From the NCBI GenBank assembly GCA_046295455.1, contig JBKBNI010000007.1:89899-153898 (forward strand): DNA of 64,000 bases, in the 5' to 3' direction. The position numbers were made by a program, and so were the translations under genes. Numbering within the stretch: the first letter of the stretch is position 1; each line of letters starts with the position of its first letter. Shown piece by piece: positions 53,637 through 62,792 of the stretch. The notes under the pieces are model-generated. The model had not been told where the DNA came from. It did not search any database and saw only the letters and a list, made by a program, of their open reading frames with translations. This DNA comes from Thermaurantimonas sp. (GTDB taxonomy: Bacteria > Bacteroidota > Bacteroidia > Flavobacteriales > Schleiferiaceae).

Positions 53637-54475
53637 AATTTGGAATTAGCGATGTTGTGGAGGTAAACTTCATTTTGAGGAATGGCAAACCGAATATTAT
53701 GCCTTCTGAAAAGTTTGTCGATTTCGAATCGTATCTGACTTTTGACCATTGGTATCCCAAAGAGATTGTTGCTGTAAAAAAATAAGTCAAACACAAATCC
53801 TCTTGGTCCGAAATCATTGAGCATAACCCTCGGATGCGGATCTTCCAATACATCGGGATGGCTTCTTACTGCCTGAAGCAGTAACTTTTCAATTAAGGCA
53901 GTATCCGAGCCAAATTCTGCCGTGACCGTAATGTTGAACCGGGTGGGAATCTGATTTTGACTCCAGTTGATGATCAGGAAATTAGTCAAACGGGTGTTTG
54001 GGATCACGACAGCTATATCATCCAGAGTGCTCACGGTGGTGGCTCTCAGGCCTATATCCTTGACTTTGCAGACCATTCCGTTTATCTCTACGACATCGCC
54101 CACGGCGATTGAGCGTTCAAACAGCAGGATCAGACCTGCCACCAGGTCTTTGAAAAAGTCCTGCAATCCGAGACCTATGCCCACCAGTATGGCTGTGGAG
54201 CCTGCGATGAGGACAGTGATTTTTGCTCCGGTGGTCTCTATAGCCAGGATAATACCGATTACATAGACGAGATATACGGAAATTTGATACAGGGCAAGTG
54301 CTTTGCCGGATTCGAGCCGGCTATTGTCCACCAGTTTTTTGAAATATAATTTCAAAAAATACAGAAATATCCTGATTACCAGGTAGATAATTAAGAAAAC
54401 GAGGATATTTACTACCCTGAAATGGATGGTACCAATGGTAAAAAGTTCAAATTCAATAAAATTCTTGAGTGTCAT
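53633..54475 (-). CDS. small-conductance mechanosensitive channel (MscS family)
   Basis: GIGLGLQD, GLILLFER, GDVVE, IGLRAT, IPN, INWS. Confidence 0.92.
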   Translation of the reverse strand: MTLKNFIEFELFTIGTIHFRVVNILVFLIIYLVIRIFLYFLKLYFKKLVDNSRLESGKALALYQISVYLVYVIGIILAIETTGAKITVLIAGSTAILVGIGLGLQDFFKDLVAGLILLFERSIAVGDVVEINGMVCKVKDIGLRATTVSTLDDIAVVIPNTRLTNFLIINWSQNQIPTRFNITVTAEFGSDTALIEKLLLQAVRSHPDVLEDPHPRVMLNDFGPRGFVFDLFFYSNNLFGIPMVKSQIRFEIDKLFRRHNIRFAIPQNEVYLHNIANSKL

Positions 54476-54482
54476 ATGTTAA

Positions 54483-56474
54483 TTAATTGGATGAATTTGC
54501 CTGTTGAACAGCCGCTTTTCGCTGATTCAAAAAATTGATGTAGTGCTGCAGAAGGAGCTGATCGTTTTCCAGGACTTGTGGTGGAGTGTTTTGGAAAAAT
54601 GGAATTAATCCCCTCGGATATTCGCCCGATGCAGCAATCTGACGGAGGCTGTAGAGGATAATTTTATGAATTTTAGGTTGATATTGAGGCATTTGCCACT
54701 TTGGTTCGTATACTAGGTTCAAGGTGTTGAGGGCATCGTTGGGGCGGCCGAGTTTAAATTCGACCTCTGCTTTGTTAAGGAGAGCTGCTGTGTAGCGGGG
54801 AGCTATTTTCAGAGCTTTCAGGTACCATTGCAGTGCTACATCCAGATTGTTTTGTGATTTGTAATAGTTCCCCATCTGGTTCATGCTGATGAAGTGATAA
54901 GGAGTCAGCTGGAGGGCTTTGTCGTACATCTCTTTCATTTTGGGCCAGTTTTGCTGGGCCATGTAGCCAAGTCCCATGTAGTAGTACATGGTATTGCCGA
55001 CTCGATCTACGACAAAATAGTTGCTCAGCGCCTTTTCTGCCAGAGGAATGATGCGACGGGCATCCTGGCGTGCGTTTGCTTCCAAGACTTTTATACTGAT
55101 TTTTTCACTTTTTAGTTTCTGAAGGGCTGAGTAGGACGATGTCAGGGCTATACCGACAAAGACAAGAGCTGTCCAGGCGGGAAGTTTTACAAAACCGGAT
55201 CTGGCCTTAGATGTGACAAAAGCCGCTGATGACATGACAAGAACCTGAATTTCTGGCCTTTCTAAAGGAAAATCAAAAAAACTGAACCCGAGATATCCAA
55301 TGATGCTCAGAAGCGCAATGCGCACAAGTAAGGTCTGGTGGCTCTGGTGGGGGGATTTCAGAATCTGTGTGGCTGATGCAATGATTAAAATCCAAAAAGA
55401 CATAAAAAACACAAATCCGACTATTCCGCTTTCGGTTAGTACCCACAGAAAGTCGTTATGTGGCTGAGGAAGCACCGTCTCTCCATCCATGACCGAAGTA
55501 TTCATTCCCTCAACCCCGTATTTCGGAAACCAAAACTGCCAGTTGCCGGCGCCAACACCAAGGGGATTCTCCTTAAACATTTCGATGCTGTTGTGCCAGA
55601 ACTTGAGTCGGTGGTTGAGGTTAGTCGGGTCAATGATTTGATGTCTGGAGAGGTATATGCTACCGATCAAGGTCAAAGCCGCCAATGAATAGGGGATGAT
55701 GCGCTTGTAGTTCAGCTCTATTTGTCTTTTGGATCGTATCCATTTTAAGGCAGTGGGCACCAGTACAAGCAGCGCCAGAAACAGTCCGACCCAGGCTGCC
55801 CTTGTCCGCAGAAGCCCAATCACCAATAGTGAGGACCACAAACCTGTAAGAGCAAAAACTTTGGATCCCAAATCAGAATAGCGAATATTGTAGTACATCC
55901 ATGGCAGTGACAGGAGCAGGGCTCCCGACACCAGATTTTTATGTCCAATGACCGATTGCACGCTGTACATCTGCATCAGAAAATCGTCTTTCTTCAGCAA
56001 AAGGAGTATCTGAAACACAGCTATGAGCGAAACGATCAGCGCCATAGTTAGATAAAGCACAGAGAGGTGTTTTTCACTCATCATATACACCCGTAGCATG
56101 GCACACAAAATCACAAAATACGCCACCGTAAGCCCGTGCCGCAGAAATTCAACCCGGGCTTCTACCTCTACCAGCGATCCCGGAATTAAAAAAGCCATCG
56201 TAATCCACCATCCCAGCAACATCAAACCGGTTATGTGAAGCTCAAAACCTTTCTGCTTCAAATTTTTATAAGAGTATATTCCCATTGCTGCAGTCATTAC
56301 CCCAATGGCAATTTGCCTGGGCAATTGTGCGGGATCCGGAAGAATTTTATCAAAATACAGAAGGAACAATCCGATCGAAAAAAATATCCAGATTCCAAAC
56401 GGAAACTCAGGCTTAGCAGTCGAATCCGATAATTGACCTGAAATTTTAGAATGGTTTGTATATGTTTTTTTCAT
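54483..56474 (-). CDS. O-antigen ligase (Wzy_C) family membrane protein with C-terminal TPRs
   Basis: About twelve TM helices, TRAAW, PLGVGAGNW, PHNDFL, FDFPLER; TPR-like C-terminus. Confidence 0.85.
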   Translation of the reverse strand: MKKTYTNHSKISGQLSDSTAKPEFPFGIWIFFSIGLFLLYFDKILPDPAQLPRQIAIGVMTAAMGIYSYKNLKQKGFELHITGLMLLGWWITMAFLIPGSLVEVEARVEFLRHGLTVAYFVILCAMLRVYMMSEKHLSVLYLTMALIVSLIAVFQILLLLKKDDFLMQMYSVQSVIGHKNLVSGALLLSLPWMYYNIRYSDLGSKVFALTGLWSSLLVIGLLRTRAAWVGLFLALLVLVPTALKWIRSKRQIELNYKRIIPYSLAALTLIGSIYLSRHQIIDPTNLNHRLKFWHNSIEMFKENPLGVGAGNWQFWFPKYGVEGMNTSVMDGETVLPQPHNDFLWVLTESGIVGFVFFMSFWILIIASATQILKSPHQSHQTLLVRIALLSIIGYLGFSFFDFPLERPEIQVLVMSSAAFVTSKARSGFVKLPAWTALVFVGIALTSSYSALQKLKSEKISIKVLEANARQDARRIIPLAEKALSNYFVVDRVGNTMYYYMGLGYMAQQNWPKMKEMYDKALQLTPYHFISMNQMGNYYKSQNNLDVALQWYLKALKIAPRYTAALLNKAEVEFKLGRPNDALNTLNLVYEPKWQMPQYQPKIHKIILYSLRQIAASGEYPRGLIPFFQNTPPQVLENDQLLLQHYINFLNQRKAAVQQANSSN

Positions 56475-56633
56475 TGTGCTTCAATTACTTACAAAGATGC
56501 ATACCCTCGGGCGACGCTTTTTTTCATTTGATGTACAAATATGCACTTTATCGAGAGGGTTTTCGGCATTCGACCTAAAAACATACAAACCGCGCAAGTA
56601 CTTTCGCGTCGGTAATCTTATCCATCTTGAGCG

Positions 56634-57002
56634 ATGAAAGGCGTAATCAGCATACTCTTTCTGATATTGAGCAATACGTTTATGACCCTTGCCTGGTATG
56701 GTCACCTGAAGTTTAGGGAATGGAAGTGGTTTGAAAACCTCGGGCTGGTGGCCATAATTCTGATCAGCTGGGGGATTGCCTTGTTTGAATATTTCTTTCA
56801 GGTGCCGGCCAATCGCATTGGATTTAACGGCAACGGAGGGCCTTTTTCACTGATTCAGTTGAAGGTGATTCAGGAGGTTATTTCCATCGTTGTCTTTTTG
56901 ATTTTTGCGCTTTTATTTTTTAAAACCGAACAACTTCGAATCAATCACATCATCGCTTTTATCCTAATCGTGATCGCAGTATATTTGGTATTTAAAAAAT
57001 AA
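56634..57002 (+). CDS. DMT family small membrane protein (DUF486)
   Basis: SNTFMTLAWYGHLK, SWGIALFEY..QVPANRIG, QLKVIQEVI. Confidence 0.92.
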   Translation: MKGVISILFLILSNTFMTLAWYGHLKFREWKWFENLGLVAIILISWGIALFEYFFQVPANRIGFNGNGGPFSLIQLKVIQEVISIVVFLIFALLFFKTEQLRINHIIAFILIVIAVYLVFKK

Positions 57003-57006
57003 ACGT

Positions 57007-57381
57007 ATGTATTCAATCATGCGCGTGCTCATCTCCACTGCTGTAGTTCTGACGGCATGTAATGCTCAAAATCAGTCAGATTCGGCCATTACGATCGATA
57101 AGACCCTCTTTGAGCAATGGCGCAAAAGCCCAAATGTACTCGTGCTCGATGTCCGTACGGCCGGCGAATACGCCTCCGGCCATGTGGAGGGAGCGATCAA
57201 TGTCGATTATTACGCTTCCGATTTTGAAGAGCAATTGAACAACCTTCCTAAAAAAGACACCGTACTGGTCTACTGCGCCAGCGGCCGAAGGAGCAGCGCC
57301 AGTATATCAAGTTTGAAGAAAGCAGGCTTTTCATTCATTGCCAACCTCGAAGGTGGCTACTCCAAATATGCGAAGCAATGA
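57007..57381 (+). CDS. rhodanese-like domain lipoprotein
   Basis: Lipobox LTAC; LDVRT..EY..GHVEGA, VYCASGRRS active loop, NLEGG. Confidence 0.9.
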   Translation: MYSIMRVLISTAVVLTACNAQNQSDSAITIDKTLFEQWRKSPNVLVLDVRTAGEYASGHVEGAINVDYYASDFEEQLNNLPKKDTVLVYCASGRRSSASISSLKKAGFSFIANLEGGYSKYAKQ

Positions 57382-57977
57382 AGAAATTCCGCATTTTTAT
57401 CACATCACTTTCCGCCCTTTTGATAATCCAATGCGGGCAAACACAAGAGGAGCAAAGCCAAACACTGCTAACCGGTCAGGCCCGTACCGATGCTCAAAAA
57501 ATAGTATCGATCATGCAGGAAGCTATGCTGGCTGAGCTGCAAAAAGGCCTTGAAGGTGGAGACGCCGTCAAAGCCGTAGCCTACTGTAACGAACGGGCAT
57601 ATCCACTGACCGACAGCCTCTCAAGGCACTACGGAGTGCTGGTACGGAGAGTAGCCCTCAGATACCGAAACCCAGCCAATAAACCCGATTCGATCGAGAC
57701 AGCCGTACTTAGCCACATGGCCGAGCTCTCTGCCAAGGGACAGATCCCTCCGGCTCAGACCATCGACCTCTTTGATGGCTACATACGACATTTTGAGCCT
57801 ATTATCATGAAACCCCTGTGCCTCAACTGCCATGGGGTCATTCAGCGCGGAGATATCGCACCGGCTACGCGCGAGGAGATTCGTCGTCGCTATCCTGATG
57901 ACAGAGCATACGATTTCAATCTCAACGAGTTGCGAGGTGCCTGGGTGGTATATATGGCTGCCGGAAAACAAGATTGA
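57378..57977 (+). CDS. DUF3365/Tll0287-like c-type cytochrome lipoprotein
   Basis: Lipobox IIQC; AVAYC, RNPANKPD, CLNCHG heme motif, YPDDRA, ELRGAW. Confidence 0.87.
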   Translation: MKKFRIFITSLSALLIIQCGQTQEEQSQTLLTGQARTDAQKIVSIMQEAMLAELQKGLEGGDAVKAVAYCNERAYPLTDSLSRHYGVLVRRVALRYRNPANKPDSIETAVLSHMAELSAKGQIPPAQTIDLFDGYIRHFEPIIMKPLCLNCHGVIQRGDIAPATREEIRRRYPDDRAYDFNLNELRGAWVVYMAAGKQD

Positions 57978-58124
57978 ACCTTGTCTGAAAAGAAAACTCA
58001 TCTGCACAGATCTACCTGGCTAAAATCGATCTCTTGTTCAAGACCAACATGATACTTTATTTCTTTGGTCTAATGCGGTGAACACTTCTGTAAGTGTAGC
58101 TTTGTTCCGGATAAATAACTCCAA

Positions 58125-59201
58125 ATGAAGCATACAGCACTTACAAAAATTCACAGAGCTATGGGGGCCAAAATGGTGCCTTTTGCCGGATTTGAAATGC
58201 CAGTTCAATACGAAGGGTTGATTGTCGAGCACCATGCCGTGCGCAATGCCTTGGGCGTGTTTGATGTATCCCACATGGGTGAATTTAGGGTTGAAGGTCC
58301 GGAAGCTTTGGATTTAATTCAGTCTGTAACGACCAACGACGCCTCCAAACTCATTCCCGGAAAAGTCCAATACAGCTGCATGACCAACGACCAGGGAGGC
58401 ATCGTGGACGATCTGCTGGTCTATATGCTTGGCGAAAATCAGTATATGCTCGTGGTCAATGCCTCAAACATCGAAAAAGACTTCAACTGGATTCGGTCAA
58501 AAAATCATTTTGATGCGAGGATCACGGATATTTCGGATGAGACGTCCCTGCTGGCCGTACAAGGGCCTGATGCCGTCAGGGCCTTGCAAGTCCTCACCGA
58601 TGTGCCCTTGACGGAAATGGGCTATTATACCTTTCAGATCGGTCGGTTAGCCGGAATAGACAATGTAATAATATCCGCCACAGGATATACCGGTGCGGGA
58701 GGATTTGAGCTGTATGTCTCCAACGAATCGGCCGAAACGCTATGGAATGTCATTTTGGAAGCCGGCAAGCCTTACGGGATCAAGCCTTGCGGTCTAGGTG
58801 CGCGCGATACCTTGAGATTGGAAAAAGCCTACTGCCTCTACGGCAATGATATCGATGACACGACCAATCCCATCGAAGCCGGATTGGGCTGGATCACAAA
58901 GTTTACCAAAACTTTTACCGCATCTGACATTATCAAACGCATCAAGGATGAAGGCCCTTCCAGAAAACTGGTTGGTTTTGAAATGATGGATCGCGGAATT
59001 CCCCGCCATGACTATGCTATCTTCAATGCTGACGGCATCCAAATAGGTAGGGTGACTTCGGGTACTCAATCGCCTTCTCTCCAAAAAGCAATAGGTCTCG
59101 GATATGTCGCTATAAACTACACTGCTCCTGGCAGCGAAATATTTATAGATATTCGAGGTAAAAAACTGAAGGCCGTAGTTGTAAAGACACCCTTTTTGTA
59201 G
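58125..59201 (+). CDS. gcvT: glycine cleavage system aminomethyltransferase T
   Basis: [39 protein letters not shown]; TAGCTTTG box at 58097-58104. Confidence 0.97.
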   Translation: MKHTALTKIHRAMGAKMVPFAGFEMPVQYEGLIVEHHAVRNALGVFDVSHMGEFRVEGPEALDLIQSVTTNDASKLIPGKVQYSCMTNDQGGIVDDLLVYMLGENQYMLVVNASNIEKDFNWIRSKNHFDARITDISDETSLLAVQGPDAVRALQVLTDVPLTEMGYYTFQIGRLAGIDNVIISATGYTGAGGFELYVSNESAETLWNVILEAGKPYGIKPCGLGARDTLRLEKAYCLYGNDIDDTTNPIEAGLGWITKFTKTFTASDIIKRIKDEGPSRKLVGFEMMDRGIPRHDYAIFNADGIQIGRVTSGTQSPSLQKAIGLGYVAINYTAPGSEIFIDIRGKKLKAVVVKTPFL

Positions 59202-59223
59202 TCAATCTCCCCCTTCTACAATC

Positions 59224-59252
59224 AAACCCGGATGAGACATCCGGGTTTTTTT
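59224..59252 (+). terminator. intrinsic terminator after gcvT
   Basis: AAACCCGGATG-AGA-CATCCGGGTTTTTTT. Confidence 0.9.
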
Positions 59253-59363
59253 ATGTCATTGAAATACAGTATATTAGTGCAGATTTCTACTTTTTATCCG
59301 GTCTTTCGGGGGAGTAGATTGAATTTTTTTCTAAAAGAGGAGCATCATTGAGAGTTTCGAGTA

Positions 59364-59397
59364 TACATTTGTACTATATAACTTGTATAATACAAGT
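59364..59397 (+). promoter_or_regulatory. PadR operon promoter with a palindromic operator
   Basis: TACATTTG at 59364-59371 followed by perfect ACTTGTAT-A-ATACAAGT at 59381-59397. Confidence 0.65.
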
Positions 59398-59407
59398 GTA
59401 ATTATAA

Positions 59408-59773
59408 ATGAAACAAGAAGACCTCCTTGAAGAACTGCTATCGGCCTGGGAAGAAACCTATAAAAAAGGCCAGTTGACACTTTGGATCTTTCTGGCGCTT
59501 AAGGAGGGGAAAAAGTATGTGGAAGAGATCAGTGCATTTATTGAAACCTATTCAATGAATACCATGACGTGTGAGACTCAGACTTTGTACCGAAGTCTCA
59601 GAAAATTTAAGCATATCGGTGTAGTAGATTTTGAGCCAGGCGAAGGACACAAAGGCCCGGACAGAAAGTATTATTACCTAACGGAGTTGGGTCATGCGTT
59701 GCTCAAAAAATTTACAGAGCGAAACATTTACATTTTTTATACTCCCGAAATTAAAAATCTAATGGACCTTTAG
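59408..59773 (+). CDS. PadR family transcriptional regulator
   Basis: KKGQLTLWIFLAL, TLYRSLRK, GPDRKYYYLTELG wing. Confidence 0.9.
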   Translation: MKQEDLLEELLSAWEETYKKGQLTLWIFLALKEGKKYVEEISAFIETYSMNTMTCETQTLYRSLRKFKHIGVVDFEPGEGHKGPDRKYYYLTELGHALLKKFTERNIYIFYTPEIKNLMDL

Positions 59774-59775
59774 TC

Positions 59776-60195
59776 ATGAAAATGATCACAAAAAATCTTT
59801 TATTATTCTCATTTTTTATGGGATTAGGTGCGGTTATTTTTCGCTATCTGATGAGTGCTTTTCTATCGGAGTCGGCCTTTGAGAGCGTTTGGGTTTTGGC
59901 CGCCGTTTACTTTTTATACAACTTTTTGATTGGATGGTATTACGGTAAGAAAGACTACGAGTCACTGCCGCTATACGACGTTGGATTCCGGTTTCACACG
60001 GCCACGTTTTTTATTTTCAATTTCGTCTCGTTTTTATGGTTTTTTTCCGGGGCTCACTCAGTCTATGAATCTGTGGATCAATTGTACTACATGGCGCTTT
60101 TTTGGGGGATTGGTCTGGCTGTGCATTTTATCCTATATATGCTCGCCAGAAAGAAGACAATAAAAGGCCTTAACAAGGAAGAATTATTCGATTAA
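59776..60195 (+). CDS. hypothetical 4-TM membrane protein
   Basis: Four hydrophobic segments; WGIGLAVHF, KGLNKEELFD terminus; 2 nt after padR. Confidence 0.8.
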   Translation: MKMITKNLLLFSFFMGLGAVIFRYLMSAFLSESAFESVWVLAAVYFLYNFLIGWYYGKKDYESLPLYDVGFRFHTATFFIFNFVSFLWFFSGAHSVYESVDQLYYMALFWGIGLAVHFILYMLARKKTIKGLNKEELFD

Positions 60196-60219
60196 TACCA
60201 ACTGTAATTCACTTCACAC

Positions 60220-60749
60220 ATGAGAAAGATTGTATTTCTTTTATCCATGCTTTTTACACATTTTATGGTTCATTCTCAGAATGATTCACGCAAAGCTTTG
60301 TATGGATTTTAGCTAATGAATGTTCACAATGATTTTGGTATGGGATTGCATGTGCTTACTCCTGAACTGATCAGCCGTCGCGCATAAGCGTACGGGCCAA
60401 TGTACATTGGCTGGAGCACCTTCAAACCTCCGTAGAGGAGACCTGGACTCCGTACTTCAACACCCATGTCGGTTTCAGGTATTGCTATCCCATCGGCCAA
60501 CGCATTCAGGTGTATTCTGAAGGTGGATTTGTATTTCTTCTTCCCAACAAAACACTGAGTGACCGGGGCTTGACACTGGGAGGATTTGGCCTTTTTGGGT
60601 TTGAATTCTTTCTGTCCGAAGGCGCTTCCCGAAATCCTTCTTACTTTTTCGAATTCGGTGGGATTGGCACCGGGGCTGTAGCTGAGAAGGTTTTGACCCG
60701 ACCGATTTATTCTAATGGGTTTCTGGTCTCGGTGGGACTGAGGTTTTAA
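60220..60749 (+). pseudogene. disrupted outer-membrane beta-barrel-like protein
   Basis: ATG 60220 MRKIVFLLSMLF signal peptide; in-frame TAG at 60310-60312; frameshift near 60380; second frame ends ...SNGFLVSVGLRF (terminal Phe). Confidence 0.7.
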
Positions 60750-60796
60750 CTGCATACGCTTTCCTGACAAGGGACTCCGCGACTTGATTCTACTGG

Positions 60797-61795
60797 CTAG
60801 AGGATTTCTTGCAGAGCGCGCTCCAGAATTTCGTCTTTTGTCAGGTCGCTCCAGTCGAAGGAGACCGGAATTTGGGGGGGTACCCCATCTTCTGCATAGT
60901 TGTTTCCATACAGATCCAGCAGTTGGCTGATAGAAAATCGGTAAGTCCAGCCATTGGGCAGCTGCCCCCCGTTGGGTAGTCCTCCTCCGCCACCAGTTGT
61001 ATCACCCATAAGTGTAAGGTTGGGAAGGGCAAGGCTAAGTACGGCAAAGAAGGTAGTCGCACTGTATGACCCTCTGTCGATCAGTACAATGACCGGTTTC
61101 AGATATCGGGCATTGCCGTCGGGTGTGATAAAAAAATTTTCCCTCGGGCTGAAATCGCTGTGATTTGGGCCGTTGCGTGTGATCGTATATCCTGCCAATA
61201 CGCGGTCAGTTGTAAAACGGCTGAGAAGCAGTGGAACATTAAACACAGATCCGCCCCCATTGCTGCGAAGGTCTAAGATGATGCCTTTGGTGTCTTTGTA
61301 GCGATTCAACACAAAATCGAGCTGCTGACCGGTGAAACTGTTTAAAAAACTGGAATACCGAATATATCCCACCTGACCTCCTGCCAGAAAGTCGTGGTAA
61401 AACGGACCTGTCCTCCAACCATTTGGTACATAAAATTCCTGTAAGGTTCGGGCGTTGAAATTGGCCGGTTTTTGCAATTCCAGATTGTAGCGCGACACGT
61501 TGAAGGGTGACACCAGATTTACATGATCGTCCCGGAGAGTATTTAGCATTTTGGCTAACACATCAAACAGTTCAAATTCTGTTGATTGGTTCGAAAGTAT
61601 AGGCCGAAGCGTATCGCGCACCAGGTTCCAGTTGATATTTTTCAGTTCGAAGTATGAATATTTTTTGTCAACCTCGCTCCACAAATAGTCAAAATTGACC
61701 AAAGGATCAGCAGAGGCACGATCTCTTTCAAACAAGGCCTTTTCGCACCCTGATAAAAGGAAGACTACTAAGCAGATTACCAAAATCTTTTTCAT
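60797..61795 (-). CDS. S41 family peptidase lipoprotein
   Basis: MKKILVICLVVFLLSGC lipobox, LRDDHV, LDLRSNGGG, SYSAT, GDTTGGGG, GVPP; start at 61795 by ATGA overlap. Confidence 0.9.
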   Translation of the reverse strand: MKKILVICLVVFLLSGCEKALFERDRASADPLVNFDYLWSEVDKKYSYFELKNINWNLVRDTLRPILSNQSTEFELFDVLAKMLNTLRDDHVNLVSPFNVSRYNLELQKPANFNARTLQEFYVPNGWRTGPFYHDFLAGGQVGYIRYSSFLNSFTGQQLDFVLNRYKDTKGIILDLRSNGGGSVFNVPLLLSRFTTDRVLAGYTITRNGPNHSDFSPRENFFITPDGNARYLKPVIVLIDRGSYSATTFFAVLSLALPNLTLMGDTTGGGGGLPNGGQLPNGWTYRFSISQLLDLYGNNYAEDGVPPQIPVSFDWSDLTKDEILERALQEIL

Positions 61796-62718
61796 TCCAG
61801 TCGGCGGATTTTGCGTTCGAAATAATAGGAAAAACCTACGTTGTGAGAAGCCATTTGAAACGCTTCGTATCTCCCGGGTGCGTGCAGTGCATCCCATTGA
61901 TAGGAGAGGGAGAAGGCATTTCCATTGTGAAGATACCATAGCCATTCCATATGGGTCTGCAGTCGCCAGCCGTTCATACTCCACCGGTAGTTGGCAAATA
62001 CCCATGTCAAGGGACTCGTTTCGGTGCCAATGATTTCAGAATTGTAGGAATAGGCATATCCTGGTCTGAAATTAAAGTTTAACACACCCGTATTGAGCTG
62101 CATGCGGAGCTCACGGGTGCGCTTTGGAAGATGGATTTTGAAGAGGTACAGATTGAGGGTTCGAGCCTGTTTTCTCGAAATATTATATGTCGCAGTACCA
62201 CTGACCATGAGATTTGTGATGTTTTCGAGCCCGAGGGAATTGTTGAATAAACTTGGATTGATTCGAAAATTTTGGGTGATGATCAGAGAGGGCCCTACTT
62301 TAAAGTTCCACGCTTCAGAGCTGATCTTTGGTAAGGCAAACAGATAGTGGTAATACACATGAACATTGCCCAGCGTGGAAATCGATGTCCCGCTCAGAAC
62401 CGAGCTCTCCGGAGCTCCGTCAAAGGCGGTGTAAAATCCAAACCTCAAATCCAGTTGCTGTTCGTGTCGGGCAGATTTTTCGTGAGCGGATGTAGATAAA
62501 AGCAGACCCGGCCCGGAGTAAAAAAGTGGCGAGGTGGCAAAGTCTCGAAATGTGGTAAAACCAGCTGAAAATAGGCCGCTGAAGTACTCTCTCCTGGCCG
62601 CATAGTCAAAGCCCGGGGCAGGTATACTGATCGGCTCAGTTTTTTGGCCATATACACTTCCTCCGAAGAGGCCGGTAAAAAGAATGAACAGGCAAGCAGT
62701 AATTTGTCGAAATATCAT
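61792..62718 (-). CDS. hypothetical exported protein, probable outer-membrane beta-barrel (DUF3316-like)
   Basis: Signal peptide, RDFATSPLFYSG, alternating aromatic strands; TATATTTG promoter box at 62742-62749 (minus). Confidence 0.7.
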   Translation of the reverse strand: MIFRQITACLFILFTGLFGGSVYGQKTEPISIPAPGFDYAARREYFSGLFSAGFTTFRDFATSPLFYSGPGLLLSTSAHEKSARHEQQLDLRFGFYTAFDGAPESSVLSGTSISTLGNVHVYYHYLFALPKISSEAWNFKVGPSLIITQNFRINPSLFNNSLGLENITNLMVSGTATYNISRKQARTLNLYLFKIHLPKRTRELRMQLNTGVLNFNFRPGYAYSYNSEIIGTETSPLTWVFANYRWSMNGWRLQTHMEWLWYLHNGNAFSLSYQWDALHAPGRYEAFQMASHNVGFSYYFERKIRRLE

Positions 62719-62792
62719 TTTGTAAGCGAGAATATTGATTACAAATATAGACCCTTAACTGACCAGTACTTATGAAGGAGGGGCATTTAATT

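Noticed and set aside
57978-58124. glycine riboswitch upstream of gcvT
   Set aside because: The promoter box ends only about 20 nt before the ATG and no aptamer motifs are visible
61796-62005. N-terminal extension of the S41 ORF to 62005 in the ORF track
   Set aside because: It overlaps the upstream gene; the lipoprotein signal and ATGA coupling place the start at 61795
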